Source: Candidatus Poribacteria bacterium (GTDB lineage Bacteria > Poribacteria > WGA-4E > PCPOR2b). Taken from it: 64,000 nucleotides of DNA. The stretch spans positions 1,760,001 to 1,824,000 of the forward strand of contig OZ220744.1 in assembly GCA_965116925.1 (NCBI GenBank), read 5' to 3'. How positions within the stretch are numbered: the first letter of the stretch is position 1; each line of letters begins with the position of its first letter. Below the pieces are notes generated by a model. It did no database searches and had not been told where the DNA came from. It saw only the letters and a program-made list of their open reading frames with translations. Position numbers and translations under genes: made by a program. Shown in pieces: positions 19,346-29,513 of this stretch.

Positions 19346-19789
19346 ATGTATTCATACCAAAATAACAAACTTGGATTGCGAATAGCGATCTGCTGTATTG
19401 CGATCCTAATAGTAACCGCATCTTCCGCACGAGCCGTTGATCGGTCGCGTGTGTTGACGATAGGGTTGTTTACCTCTGGGGTCGCCTTAAAATTTGGAAG
19501 CATCTTTGTCGCCAGTTCGGCGCAGGACACATACGATAAATATCTATCCACCGGAATCCAGAGCGACCTAGCAAAGCATCGGGACGATTACGAGGCTCAA
19601 CGCAGCCTGAGTATTGGGATGTCCCGCACAGGAATCGGATTCGTTGGGCTTGCAGTGTTAATCTCGGTCTTTGACCAATTGGATGTTATCTCAGAATCAT
19701 CTGCTGCCCGTGTAGCCCAGTTAAGCCTCAAGCCGAGTTATAATCCAATAACAGGCGACGCTGCCCTCACCCTTCGACGGAAATTTTGA
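19346..19789 (+). CDS. Hypothetical exported/membrane protein
   Basis: Signal peptide (ARA) plus two hydrophobic segments. Confidence 0.7.
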   Translation: MYSYQNNKLGLRIAICCIAILIVTASSARAVDRSRVLTIGLFTSGVALKFGSIFVASSAQDTYDKYLSTGIQSDLAKHRDDYEAQRSLSIGMSRTGIGFVGLAVLISVFDQLDVISESSAARVAQLSLKPSYNPITGDAALTLRRKF

Positions 19790-19793
19790 AGCC

Positions 19794-20921
19794 ATGATAT
19801 TATCTCCATTTCGATCGCTAACCTTTTTTATTCTCTCTATCGCAGTGGGATTCTGTGTGGGTTGTACGGGTAATGAAGATTACGCCAATCCGCTCGATCC
19901 TCAAAACCTACGTACCGCCGGATCGCCAGTCGGTTTAGAGCTCCTACCCGGTGATCAGCAGGTAACTGTTTCGTGGGCAGATAACGGTCACGAAGGGATT
20001 ATCGGGTATCGAATTTATCGGCGATTCACAGGTGATGCGGATTTGATTTTTGAGTTTGTTGGTGAGGTACTTGGGGAAAACGGCGAGCGTCCAGCGACAG
20101 AGTTTGTTGATACACAGAACCTAAAAAATGACCAATTTAATGATGTCAGTGGGGAGCGTCACCGTTATATCTATCGGATTTCATATATCGATGCAAACGG
20201 GGTCGAAATCCCCGATCCCAATGCACCTCCGACCGATAGCGAAGATCCACGCCGAATGTGGCAAACAGCCAGTGCAACGCCGAGCGTTGCCCCACCTATC
20301 CCAAATGTCATTGTTGGCGATGAATTGGACGATTTGACCGTTAAACTGTTCTGGCAGGACTATCAGGCACCCAACGATTTTGAGCGATTCCGCGTAATTG
20401 TGTCTCAACAAAGTTTGAACGGTGAATTCTTGCCGTTTCGCCTCCGTGCAGAGCTGCCGAAAGAGCAGCCATACTTTTTTGATATGGAATTTAATCGCGA
20501 CAACACCACCAAAATTTACCGTATCATTGCCGTTGACCGGTTTGGCGTCGAAGGGGTAAAAGTGATTCAAGCAACTTCGCCTAACTTGCCACCGTCACCG
20601 CCGCAAGGTGTTCGAGCGGCTTTTGGTCTTCTAGGTGCTAGGTATAATGTCCGAATCTCTTGGTCAAAGAGCAAGGAACCGGACGTCGCCGGCTATGTAA
20701 TCTACGCTACGAAAGCAGCTGCCGGCAATCTTGTTGTCGGGGACGATTTGATTCCGCGACGGAGAACGGATGCGAAAGATACGAGCGTCACGCTCACCGG
20801 CGAAGAGTTTATTCTGGACGGTCAAGACCTTGTTCCCCGGCGATACTTTGTCACAGCGTTTGATGATACACCTCAAGAGAACGGCACTCGCGACGAAAGT
20901 GAGATGGTTGAGGCACGGTAA
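19794..20921 (+). CDS. Lipoprotein with fibronectin type III-like domains
   Basis: Lipobox-like VGC, NPLDP; FN3-like VTVSW..GYRIYR and VRISW..GYVIY. Confidence 0.75.
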   Translation: MILSPFRSLTFFILSIAVGFCVGCTGNEDYANPLDPQNLRTAGSPVGLELLPGDQQVTVSWADNGHEGIIGYRIYRRFTGDADLIFEFVGEVLGENGERPATEFVDTQNLKNDQFNDVSGERHRYIYRISYIDANGVEIPDPNAPPTDSEDPRRMWQTASATPSVAPPIPNVIVGDELDDLTVKLFWQDYQAPNDFERFRVIVSQQSLNGEFLPFRLRAELPKEQPYFFDMEFNRDNTTKIYRIIAVDRFGVEGVKVIQATSPNLPPSPPQGVRAAFGLLGARYNVRISWSKSKEPDVAGYVIYATKAAAGNLVVGDDLIPRRRTDAKDTSVTLTGEEFILDGQDLVPRRYFVTAFDDTPQENGTRDESEMVEAR

Positions 20922-20965
20922 TAAACCGAGTCGTTCCAACACACAAACTACTTGTAAGGACAAAT

Positions 20966-21961
20966 ATGCACTTATTTCAGATACCGCAGCAGCGATTTCT
21001 GTTAATTCTCTCCGTTTTTTTTGTAACGACGGGAACATCTCTCGTTGCACAAAGCCCACCGGTGACGCAGCTCGGTGTGATGCAAACTGCTGATACCTTG
21101 GGTAAAGGGGGCTACACAACCGCTGTGGGGATGTTTCAAGTTGCCAGAAAAAAATTGGACGACACGCCCAAGCAGCCGCAGCGTGTGGTTATCGGTAATT
21201 TTGAGGGGTTACATAATGTCGAATTTGATGTTAATACCTTCTTAATCCCTGCTCAATTGACCTACGGCATTGGTGAGCGATTGGATCTCCTCCTAGGGGC
21301 GACCTTCTCAACCGGTGGTGCCCACAAAATTGTTCCCGATTTTTATCGGATTGGTGACACCTACGACGTTGAGGAATCAATTGACTCAACACGAGATCGA
21401 CGGGTCTACGAGCAGTCCATTTTTGACCTTGTGGTCGGGTTGAAACACAATATTAAACCGGACCGACAGGACGGTTTGCCCGGTATATCGATCGGCGGCG
21501 ATGTACAGGTTGGGTTTACTGCGGATGATCAGCTGAATTCCGACAAGGAATTCGTCGATGCTTCACCTGCGGATGGTTTTCCGTTTGTGGGTGTTAATAC
21601 CTATCTGGTAGGGACCCAGCGGTTTGGTCAGTTCATGCGGGTACACGCAGGTGTCGGCAGCTATCTCTCTTCCAAATCGCTCAAATCAACAGATTCGTTT
21701 CAGCTGCTCTGGCAGCTTGGGGCTGAAGTTGCGTTCTCGGATAACTTTTGGCTTGTGACCGATTTTTCACGAAGACGTGCCTTCAGTGGTATTACCCTCA
21801 ACGACCTGATTAGTATCGGATTTCGATACAGACTTTCTGACACCGCCGCTTTCAATATCGGTTACGTAACTGAACCGGGCTTTCAGTTCTATCTGACGAT
21901 TGGCGGTGGAGCAGAAGGCGGTGCTGCGCCAGAGGAAGGTGAAGCTGATCTGCTGTTTTAA
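20966..21961 (+). CDS. Putative outer-membrane beta-barrel protein
   Basis: Signal peptide, alternating amphipathic strands, terminal Phe. Confidence 0.55.
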   Translation: MHLFQIPQQRFLLILSVFFVTTGTSLVAQSPPVTQLGVMQTADTLGKGGYTTAVGMFQVARKKLDDTPKQPQRVVIGNFEGLHNVEFDVNTFLIPAQLTYGIGERLDLLLGATFSTGGAHKIVPDFYRIGDTYDVEESIDSTRDRRVYEQSIFDLVVGLKHNIKPDRQDGLPGISIGGDVQVGFTADDQLNSDKEFVDASPADGFPFVGVNTYLVGTQRFGQFMRVHAGVGSYLSSKSLKSTDSFQLLWQLGAEVAFSDNFWLVTDFSRRRAFSGITLNDLISIGFRYRLSDTAAFNIGYVTEPGFQFYLTIGGGAEGGAAPEEGEADLLF

Positions 21962-22032
21962 TCAAGATGAGGCAAGCTGCTAGAGCATATTAGCATTTTG
22001 ATGTTGCAATTAATGATTCAAGGGAGAGGACA

Positions 22033-23130
22033 GTGCCAATGTTATTCAAATTTTGGTTTCGTCGGTTGCGCCGTGTAAGCCGTAACCGTCACATTCAGCG
22101 CCTTACCGTGGCGGGACTGATCGTTCTGGGGTGCATTATTCTCAATTCCGCATGTTTTTACTTCTTTGAAAAGGCTGTGAAGGCAGATCTGACGGTTTGG
22201 GATTCCTTCTGGCTCAGTTTCACGACCATAACAACAGTCGGTTATGGAGACTATTCCGCATCGACGGTTGGGGGAAGGCTAGCAACGATGGTTCTACTAT
22301 ACGGGGTTGGATTAGCTACATTCCCCTACGTGATTACTCAAATTGTGGACACAACTGTGGAGAGAAATAACGATCGCCGTCGTGGGTTGATTGATTGCCG
22401 GGACCTTGTTGAAAATCATATCATCATCGTCAATTATCCCTCCGAATTGAGGGTAGCTTCAATCATAGAACAACTTTCCGCGGATGTAGTGACAGCACAT
22501 CGGCCTATCGTTGTCTTGGCGGATAACGTAGATGAGTTACACTTCAGCCGTTCCGATGTTTATTTTGTGCGCGGTGCACCATTACAAGAAGAATCGTGGA
22601 AACGTGCGAACATTGAAATGGCGTACTCGGTCCTTATCCTTGCACCGCAAACCGAGGAACACGTGGCAGATGCGATTACCGCATCAACGATTTCACTCAT
22701 TGAAACACTCCATCCGCATATCCGGACAATTGCTGAATGTACTAGTATTCAACACTTAGCGATTTTCCGATCTTTCCGATGTGATGCAGTGATACCGACG
22801 AATAATATTGCCGCGAAGGTATTGGCACAAGAGGTGCGTGACCGCGGACTCGCTCTTGCAGTCCGGGAGTTGTTGACCGAAGCAGAGGGCAGTGAGCTAT
22901 ATAGCGAAACTGTTGCTATTGATGGGATAGACTTCGGTGAGCTGCAATCCCTACTTCTGAAATTGAAAGCCGAAGTTATTCTGATTGGCATCCTCAGAGA
23001 CAGCCAGCATCTGATTAATCCGCCACTAGATCTCCAGATCCAAAGGACAGACCGGCTTATCCTTATCGGCAATCGTCGTAGCGATTGGGAGCGGATTCAT
23101 GAGCAGTTGTTAAGTGTCAAGGGGACATAA
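22033..23130 (+). CDS. Potassium channel with RCK (TrkA-N/C) domain
   Basis: TTVGYGD selectivity filter, two TM helices, cytoplasmic RCK. Confidence 0.92.
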   Translation: MPMLFKFWFRRLRRVSRNRHIQRLTVAGLIVLGCIILNSACFYFFEKAVKADLTVWDSFWLSFTTITTVGYGDYSASTVGGRLATMVLLYGVGLATFPYVITQIVDTTVERNNDRRRGLIDCRDLVENHIIIVNYPSELRVASIIEQLSADVVTAHRPIVVLADNVDELHFSRSDVYFVRGAPLQEESWKRANIEMAYSVLILAPQTEEHVADAITASTISLIETLHPHIRTIAECTSIQHLAIFRSFRCDAVIPTNNIAAKVLAQEVRDRGLALAVRELLTEAEGSELYSETVAIDGIDFGELQSLLLKLKAEVILIGILRDSQHLINPPLDLQIQRTDRLILIGNRRSDWERIHEQLLSVKGT

Positions 23131-23174
23131 TAAAACAATCGTAACTCATGTTAAAAAAAGGACGAAATGCCCAG

Positions 23175-23210
23175 AGAAACCGAGTTTTGCCGAAAAAACT
23201 CGGTTTCTTT
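23175..23210. terminator. Hairpin between convergent genes, probable terminator
   Basis: AGAAACCGAGTTTT...AAAACTCGGTTTCT, 14-bp stem. Confidence 0.6.
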
Positions 23211-23239
23211 GTATGATTGCTTAACATGAGCCAAAACCG

Positions 23240-23719
23240 CTACGATCCTGGCCTAAAGAGCGTTACCAGACAACCGCCGATTGCTGCTAACACGATGCCG
23301 AGAACAAACGGCCACCGTACAGCGCTCCAACCTCCCGCAGGTGGATGCAGTGCTGTTGCCACCACTGCGTTGACAATCGGTGCGCCGGCGAAAACGATGG
23401 ACATCACCACCGGCGGGGTGCCCTTTGCCCCAAATGCCAAGAGGACACCGAACGCTCCTATCGCGCCCACGAGCCCTGCAAGCGTTGACCAGACCAACCC
23501 CTTCGTCGGAAAGCTCCATTGAGCACCGTTGACCGCCAACATAATTGCCGAGCCGATGACCGCTGTCAGCAGGTAGGCGATCCCGACAAAAAGAAACGCT
23601 TTGTAACGTCCATGCACCGGATCACTCATAGATATCTGTCCCGTATGCAGAAATACACCGTAAAGTCCCCACGCTGTAACAGTCATAAATGCAAATATTA
23701 ACCAAGTCATACGCATCAA
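23240..23719 (-). CDS. Small DMT/EamA-like membrane protein, paralog 3
   Basis: About 5 TM; DPxxGRYKA, WxFPxKG, VVMSI, RPG motifs shared with neighbours. Confidence 0.75.
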   Translation of the reverse strand: MMRMTWLIFAFMTVTAWGLYGVFLHTGQISMSDPVHGRYKAFLFVGIAYLLTAVIGSAIMLAVNGAQWSFPTKGLVWSTLAGLVGAIGAFGVLLAFGAKGTPPVVMSIVFAGAPIVNAVVATALHPPAGGWSAVRWPFVLGIVLAAIGGCLVTLFRPGS

Positions 23720-23769
23720 AATCCTCCTGTATTTTTACCTCAATGAGCGATTAAGTTGGGAAAGTTTTG

Positions 23770-24264
23770 TTACATCCCCGGTCGATAGATTGTCACCATA
23801 CAACTACCAGCTATTGCTAATTGAATGCCGACAATAAACTGCCACCGCAAGCCGCCCGGTTGCGGTGTATCTATCACCATAGCGACAACTGCATTGATAA
23901 TCGGCACACCGGCGAAAAAGATAGACATAACTACAACTGGCGTCCCTTGTGCTCCGAATGCCAAGAGGAGCCCAACCGCCCCCATTGCACTAACAACTCC
24001 CGCCAAAGTTGCGAAAACTATTCCTTTCGCTGGGAAACGCCATTGGGCACCGCGGACCACCAACATGCTTATCGAGACAATGACCGCTATCAATAGATAG
24101 GTAATCCCGGCGAAAAGAAGCACTTTGTGTCGTCCGTTGGTTGGATCTGCCATTGCTATCCGGCTCGCGTGAAGAATGACACCGTAGAGTCCAAGTGCCA
24201 TAACCTTTATCAGTGAAAATAGTAACCAAGGTCTACGAAATATCAACAAACGTCTACGCTGCAT
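23770..24264 (-). CDS. Small DMT/EamA-like membrane protein, paralog 2
   Basis: Same motifs; Arg-rich N-terminal extension. Confidence 0.75.
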   Translation of the reverse strand: MQRRRLLIFRRPWLLFSLIKVMALGLYGVILHASRIAMADPTNGRHKVLLFAGITYLLIAVIVSISMLVVRGAQWRFPAKGIVFATLAGVVSAMGAVGLLLAFGAQGTPVVVMSIFFAGVPIINAVVAMVIDTPQPGGLRWQFIVGIQLAIAGSCMVTIYRPGM

Positions 24265-24275
24265 CTACAACCCTC

Positions 24276-24740
24276 CTACGTACCCGGACGATAAACTGTC
24301 ACCATATAACCGCCAATCGTTGCTGCCGCGATTCCAAAGATAAACTCCCACCGTAAACTGCCTGGAGCCGGTGGAAATAAAGCCAAAGCGATAACTGCAT
24401 TCACAACTGGGGCACCGGCGGAACCGATGGACATTACAACAACCGGCGCGCCTCGCGCGGCAAATGCCAAGAGGTTGCTCAACATCACCACAACAATAGC
24501 AATCCCCACCAGAGATGCTAAACCGAGCCCTTTTGTCGGAAAATTCCATTCAGCACTGTTGGCTACTAACATAGATCCCGAACCAACAATCGCCACTAGT
24601 GAATAGCCAATCCCGGCAAAAAGTAGTGCTTTGTATCGTCCATTATCTGGATCCTCCATAGCTTTTTGCCCTGCATGAGTAAAGACACCCAAGAATCCTA
24701 CCGAGGTCATTGCTATGAGTGTAAATATTAACCAAGCCAT
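24276..24740 (-). CDS. Small DMT/EamA-like membrane protein, paralog 1
   Basis: Same motifs; GAGGA RBS. Confidence 0.75.
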   Translation of the reverse strand: MAWLIFTLIAMTSVGFLGVFTHAGQKAMEDPDNGRYKALLFAGIGYSLVAIVGSGSMLVANSAEWNFPTKGLGLASLVGIAIVVVMLSNLLAFAARGAPVVVMSIGSAGAPVVNAVIALALFPPAPGSLRWEFIFGIAAATIGGYMVTVYRPGT

Positions 24741-24759
24741 ACGTGTCTAAGTCCTCCTA

Positions 24760-26049
24760 TCAACTGGTATATTTTCGATAAACTGCCAGAGTTGCCTCTG
24801 CCATCACATCATCGCTAAACCCGCGGTGTATTGCTTCCTTGCCCTGCTGTCCTAGTTGTTCCCGGTAGCCTCGATCGTTCATGAGTTGGGATATTCCTTC
24901 CGCAATAGCGTCGGGCGATTCTGCGTCCACTAGTATGCCCCCATCTGTCGCTGCTATCAATTCGGGGAAGGTCCCGTGTCGTGGTTGAACGACCGGGACA
25001 CCATTGGCAAGTGCCTCTAAAATGAAAAGCCCCTTTGATTCTTTGTATGTCGTCGGCACGGATAGGACGTGGAGGCTGTTGAGAAAGTCAATTTTTTGGT
25101 GTCGATCGACTTCGCCCCAATAATCAAAGGCATCTGATAACTCCCACGCATCAATCTGTTTAACCAATTTCTCAAGATACGGCTCGTCTTTTTTGCCGAG
25201 GTAACCGGCGACCTTGAGTCGGACTTTGTCTGATCCAACTCTATTTGTCAAGCGGTAGAACGCATCAACCAACAGATGAAGCCCTTTCTCAGGACAGATA
25301 CGAGCTAAATAGCCGATGACAAAGGGCATTTCGGCGAGGTTTTTTTTACCGACTCCGTGCTCACTCAGATTCAAACCGAGATGCACAACATCAATTTTGT
25401 TCGCTGGGATATCTAGATAATCAGCCATAAAGTCCGCATAGTATTGGCAGGGCGCGATGTACCCATCTACCTCCGAAGCACGTGCTTGCAGCAATTTCAG
25501 AGCTTGCGATTTATACGGCTCGATGAGGCCTTCGAGAAAGATGTCCTCTCCCTGAAGAGCGCAGAGGATCGGAACGCCTAACGCCCTTTTCATCTCCCTC
25601 GCGAATCCCACGAACATGGAGTTGGTAAGTTGAACCAGATCGGGCTGATAGGACTCTTTCAGCCATTTGACCAATTTCGCCAGTTCCTTTTTCTGTTGTC
25701 CTTCCTCTCCCCTAAGCACTGAGACGGTAAGCGCGCCTAGATCTTGTGCACTGGTGGACGCACTCAAACGGGATAATCTGTTCAGCAGCGAGGGACTATC
25801 GAATAACCGATCAAGCATCCAAGGGGTATGACGGAATAGCCCCAACTTCTGTTGGAGATATACATTGATTCCGCCGTAAAAAACGCGATCGATGCTGACA
25901 TCAGTTTCATCAGTGCGGATGGGCGTGTAGGTTGGGATCAAAGCAACCTCGTGCCCTTTCCTCTGCAACGCTGAGGCTAGCGTATTATCATGGATACAGG
26001 TGCCGCAATACATACCCGCGGCACCCGCGGCGATATAGGCAATTTTCAT
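24760..26049 (-). CDS. Glycosyltransferase family 4 (GT-B)
   Basis: RICPEKG and ESKGLFILEALANGVPVV; N-terminal YCGTC. Confidence 0.9.
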   Translation of the reverse strand: MKIAYIAAGAAGMYCGTCIHDNTLASALQRKGHEVALIPTYTPIRTDETDVSIDRVFYGGINVYLQQKLGLFRHTPWMLDRLFDSPSLLNRLSRLSASTSAQDLGALTVSVLRGEEGQQKKELAKLVKWLKESYQPDLVQLTNSMFVGFAREMKRALGVPILCALQGEDIFLEGLIEPYKSQALKLLQARASEVDGYIAPCQYYADFMADYLDIPANKIDVVHLGLNLSEHGVGKKNLAEMPFVIGYLARICPEKGLHLLVDAFYRLTNRVGSDKVRLKVAGYLGKKDEPYLEKLVKQIDAWELSDAFDYWGEVDRHQKIDFLNSLHVLSVPTTYKESKGLFILEALANGVPVVQPRHGTFPELIAATDGGILVDAESPDAIAEGISQLMNDRGYREQLGQQGKEAIHRGFSDDVMAEATLAVYRKYTS

Positions 26050-26193
26050 GATGGGTCAAACGTGAAACGTGATGCGTAAAACGCAAATGAACTCATAAAC
26101 TTATTTCAGGTCCTGCTCGCTCTGGACTGCCAAATTCAGCGGACGACAGGGGGGCAACTTGCGTTAAGTCGGTAGATGATATTGGAGCCAATC

Positions 26194-27162
26194 CTAAGGA
26201 ATCAGCAGAACCTTACCCGTTGTCTGCCTGCCTTCTAACGCACGGTGTGCATCAGCGGCATCTTGAAGTGGGAATGTCCGGTCAATGTGCAGCTTCAATG
26301 TGCCAGCAGCGATCCATTCAAAGAGATCTCCCGTCCGTTCCATTAGTTCTTCCCGATCGGCCGCGTAGTGTGTCAACATCGGGCGCGTCACGAACAATGA
26401 ACCACTCGACAGACGGCTCAGGTCCAATGGCGACGCAGTTCCACTCGACTGACCGAACAGCACCAGATAACCGCGGGGGCGGAGACTGTTGAGACTTTTA
26501 TCAAAAGTAGTCCTAGCGACCGAATCGTAGACCACATCAACTCCCTGCCCATCGGTTAGGCGTTTAACTTCGGCTTCAAAGTCGGTCTGTGTGTAGAGGA
26601 TGACTTCATCGGCACCAGCCTCCGTGGCGAGTTGTGCTTTCTCCGGTGTGGAGACTGTGCCCAATACACGCGCTCCCAACATTTTAGCCATCTGAATGAG
26701 TAGAAGCCCGACCCCACCGGCGGCTGCATGAACCAGTGCGGTGTCACCCGTACTGAGTGGATAGGTGCTGCGGGTCAGATAGTGCGCTGCCATACCTTGC
26801 AGTATTGCCGCCGCTGCCGACTGTGTGTCAATCGAATCGGGTAAAGGGACAAGTGCCTCAGATGGCACGGTTGCGACCTCGGTGTAGGAACCTTGGTGCG
26901 TCGCAAAAGCGACACGATCCCCCACATTGACCTCAGTGACGCCGGGACCGACTGCTTCGACCACACCGGCGCCTTCCCTCCCCGGCGTGAAGGGCATATT
27001 GGTACTCGGATAGAGTCCTGTACGGTGGTAAACGTCGATATAGTTTAGTCCCGCTGCTTCGATACGCACCCGCGCTTCACCCGCACCGGGCTCGCTCGTA
27101 GAAACCTCTTCGTAACGGAGTGCTTCTGGTCCACCGTATTCGTGAATACGAATAGCGTGCAT
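26194..27162 (-). CDS. qor: NADPH:quinone oxidoreductase (MDR family)
   Basis: GLNYID...G.Y, HAAAGGVG, GRQTTGKVLL. Confidence 0.92.
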   Translation of the reverse strand: MHAIRIHEYGGPEALRYEEVSTSEPGAGEARVRIEAAGLNYIDVYHRTGLYPSTNMPFTPGREGAGVVEAVGPGVTEVNVGDRVAFATHQGSYTEVATVPSEALVPLPDSIDTQSAAAAILQGMAAHYLTRSTYPLSTGDTALVHAAAGGVGLLLIQMAKMLGARVLGTVSTPEKAQLATEAGADEVILYTQTDFEAEVKRLTDGQGVDVVYDSVARTTFDKSLNSLRPRGYLVLFGQSSGTASPLDLSRLSSGSLFVTRPMLTHYAADREELMERTGDLFEWIAAGTLKLHIDRTFPLQDAADAHRALEGRQTTGKVLLIP

Positions 27163-27342
27163 TTTTCTATCTCCTATTTTTGTAGGGGGATTATCCCACG
27201 ATTGCTAAAAAATCTGAAGTCCAACTGTCTAGGGACTTACGCACGTTAGTAGGGAACAGAGATCATTGTTTCCTGCAGGTTCCTTGATGGAACCTTTGTT
27301 ATAATTGCCCGATTCATCTAACCAATGAACTAACATAACACA

Positions 27343-27545
27343 TAGGGTCATTTAATTCTCCCATATTATTGTCTGAATCACGGATAGACGCGGATTAACC
27401 GATTACAGGGATAAAAGATGCTATCGACAGTTGGCATACGAACGCGCAATGAATTGCGCTACTACAAACGGTGAGGAAACCAGATGCCTCGCCTACGGGT
27501 TTGAGTCAGCCCGAACGGTCAAAAAGCGAAAACTAAATGCCCCTG
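27343..27545. mobile_element. 203-bp MITE with 10-bp target-site duplication
   Basis: TAGGGTCATTTAATTCTC / GAAAACTAAATGCCCCTG imperfect TIR; ACATAACACA at 27333-27342 and 27546-27555. Confidence 0.8.
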
Positions 27546-27772
27546 ACATAACACAAGTTGCTAGTTGAATATCCATGGGATTTCTGTTAGAGTATTTGTT
27601 AGTCAAACAGAACTCATAAATAGAAGACTCTCATAGACTTAATCATCGTAGCATTTTATATGCTTTGTGCCGATCTTTTAATTCTAAACCGGCATACACA
27701 TCGCTATATAGAATCGCACATAGCAACTTAGGTTATGCTAATTCAACAAGAGTGTAGGAGATTTTCATCAAC

Positions 27773-29263
27773 TTATGAATTTACCTTTGCCCCTTCCGAT
27801 GGGAAGAATTTCTGGATTACGGTTGGAGCTAGTGGTTTGCTTATCAGCGAACCGATGACCATCGCTACGACAGAGCCAGCGAGAATCACCGCTACAGGCA
27901 TGATTCCGGTGCCACCTACCGTGTAGCCGGGTGCCTGCCAACCCTGAATAAAGAAATATATCCATAACACCACAACGCTAATGACAGAAGCGAAAGCACC
28001 ATGTTTGGTACTGCGCTTCCAAAAGAGTGCAGCGATGACAATCGGGAAAAGCGAGGCGAATCCTGTAAAGGACCAGACTGCGAGTTTGAAGATACTCCGG
28101 TTAAGAACAAGCGAGAGCAGGTAGGTCAAGGAGAGTATCCCGCAGACAAAAAGTCGCCCAACCAAGACCTGCCCTTTTTCGCTCAATCCATCCTTTGCCG
28201 GATCAAAACGGACTCTGTAATGACGGATAATATCGTGCGTAAACATACTTCCGATGGAAAGCGATTGGGAATCGAGAGAAGACATAATCGCCGCAAAGAC
28301 ACCCGCACCCAGAAGTCCCGCGAGCACTCCGGGCGCATGACGCTCAATCATCTGAACCAAAACTGAATTGGCTTCAGGGCCCTTGAGTCCCGGCACATCC
28401 ACGCTTCCCAAAATTCCGAGTAGCACACTCGGAATCCATACAATCGCAACGCAGATCGGATACCACATCACGGGATACCGAAATGTCCCCGCGCTTTTTG
28501 CTGTGAGCCAGTGCATGAATATATGTGGAAACATCCCCACCGATAGCGGGATACACGTATAGGTCAGCAGCTCCAGTGGTCTGATGTGAGCCTTCTGAAT
28601 CAATAGATCTGGTTCCACCTGCGCCAAGCTAGCAGAGAGTCCGCCCATTTTATGCACAATAAAAAAAAACGTTGCCCCACCAAGCGTCATGAAAACAAGG
28701 GTTTGAAAGGTGTTTGCCCAAGCGGTCCCACGCACGCCACCGTAGCAGACATAAATGAGAACTACGACGCAAACTAGCAGTCCACCCAGCCACTGCGGAA
28801 TCTGCCCTTTCGTAATCTGATGCAAGGTGATGCCACCGCCCATCACGCCGATTAACAGGTACGGAATGATAAGCGCGACAAGGACAACAAACAGCAGCAG
28901 CCCGAACCCATTGCTGTTCCACCGTTCTCTGAAGTATTGTACCTGTGTGAAATAACCGTGCCGCTTCCCGATCGCCCATAGTCGGGTGCCAACAAAAAAG
29001 AAGACGCACGGAGCGACCAAAGCGGTCGAGGAAGCCATCAGGGCAAAAACGCCGATGCCTCGATGGTAGGCTTCACCGGAGGCACCAAGGATAGAGAAGG
29101 CAGTCATGTTCGTGCCAAAAAGGGACATCAGCAGCACGAATGGCCCAATAGTTCGGCTAGCGACGAAATAATCCTCACCGGTGCCGCGAAAGAATCTATG
29201 GCTCACAGTGCCAACAATCAGCACAAGCCCCAAATATGCAAAGATAACAACGATAACTATCAT
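27773..29263 (-). CDS. Sodium:solute symporter family protein
   Basis: DYFVASR, GGVRGTAW, AAIMSSLDS; multi-TM. Confidence 0.92.
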   Translation of the reverse strand: MIVIVVIFAYLGLVLIVGTVSHRFFRGTGEDYFVASRTIGPFVLLMSLFGTNMTAFSILGASGEAYHRGIGVFALMASSTALVAPCVFFFVGTRLWAIGKRHGYFTQVQYFRERWNSNGFGLLLFVVLVALIIPYLLIGVMGGGITLHQITKGQIPQWLGGLLVCVVVLIYVCYGGVRGTAWANTFQTLVFMTLGGATFFFIVHKMGGLSASLAQVEPDLLIQKAHIRPLELLTYTCIPLSVGMFPHIFMHWLTAKSAGTFRYPVMWYPICVAIVWIPSVLLGILGSVDVPGLKGPEANSVLVQMIERHAPGVLAGLLGAGVFAAIMSSLDSQSLSIGSMFTHDIIRHYRVRFDPAKDGLSEKGQVLVGRLFVCGILSLTYLLSLVLNRSIFKLAVWSFTGFASLFPIVIAALFWKRSTKHGAFASVISVVVLWIYFFIQGWQAPGYTVGGTGIMPVAVILAGSVVAMVIGSLISKPLAPTVIQKFFPSEGAKVNS

Positions 29264-29272
29264 TATAGGTCT

Positions 29273-29494
29273 CTACTCATCGGTATCTTCGTCTTGAAGA
29301 TGACGAGGCCAAGCATGGTTGATTATCAGTGTCATCAGTATGGCTGCTGCGACGCAGAATCCGATGTGATAGAGCAATCCAATAGGCAATCCCAGTGTTA
29401 CTTTTGAGCTGTTCCATAGCCAGAAATCATTGTGAAGTAAAAACAATGCGACAAGCCCAATATAAAGTATCCATCGGGAAAAGGTCTTATTCAT
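29273..29494 (-). CDS. DUF3311-like two-TM symporter partner
   Basis: LHNDFWLW, LGLP motif; immediately upstream of the SSS gene. Confidence 0.75.
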   Translation of the reverse strand: MNKTFSRWILYIGLVALFLLHNDFWLWNSSKVTLGLPIGLLYHIGFCVAAAILMTLIINHAWPRHLQDEDTDE

Positions 29495-29513
29495 TTATTT
29501 ATACCCCCATGCT

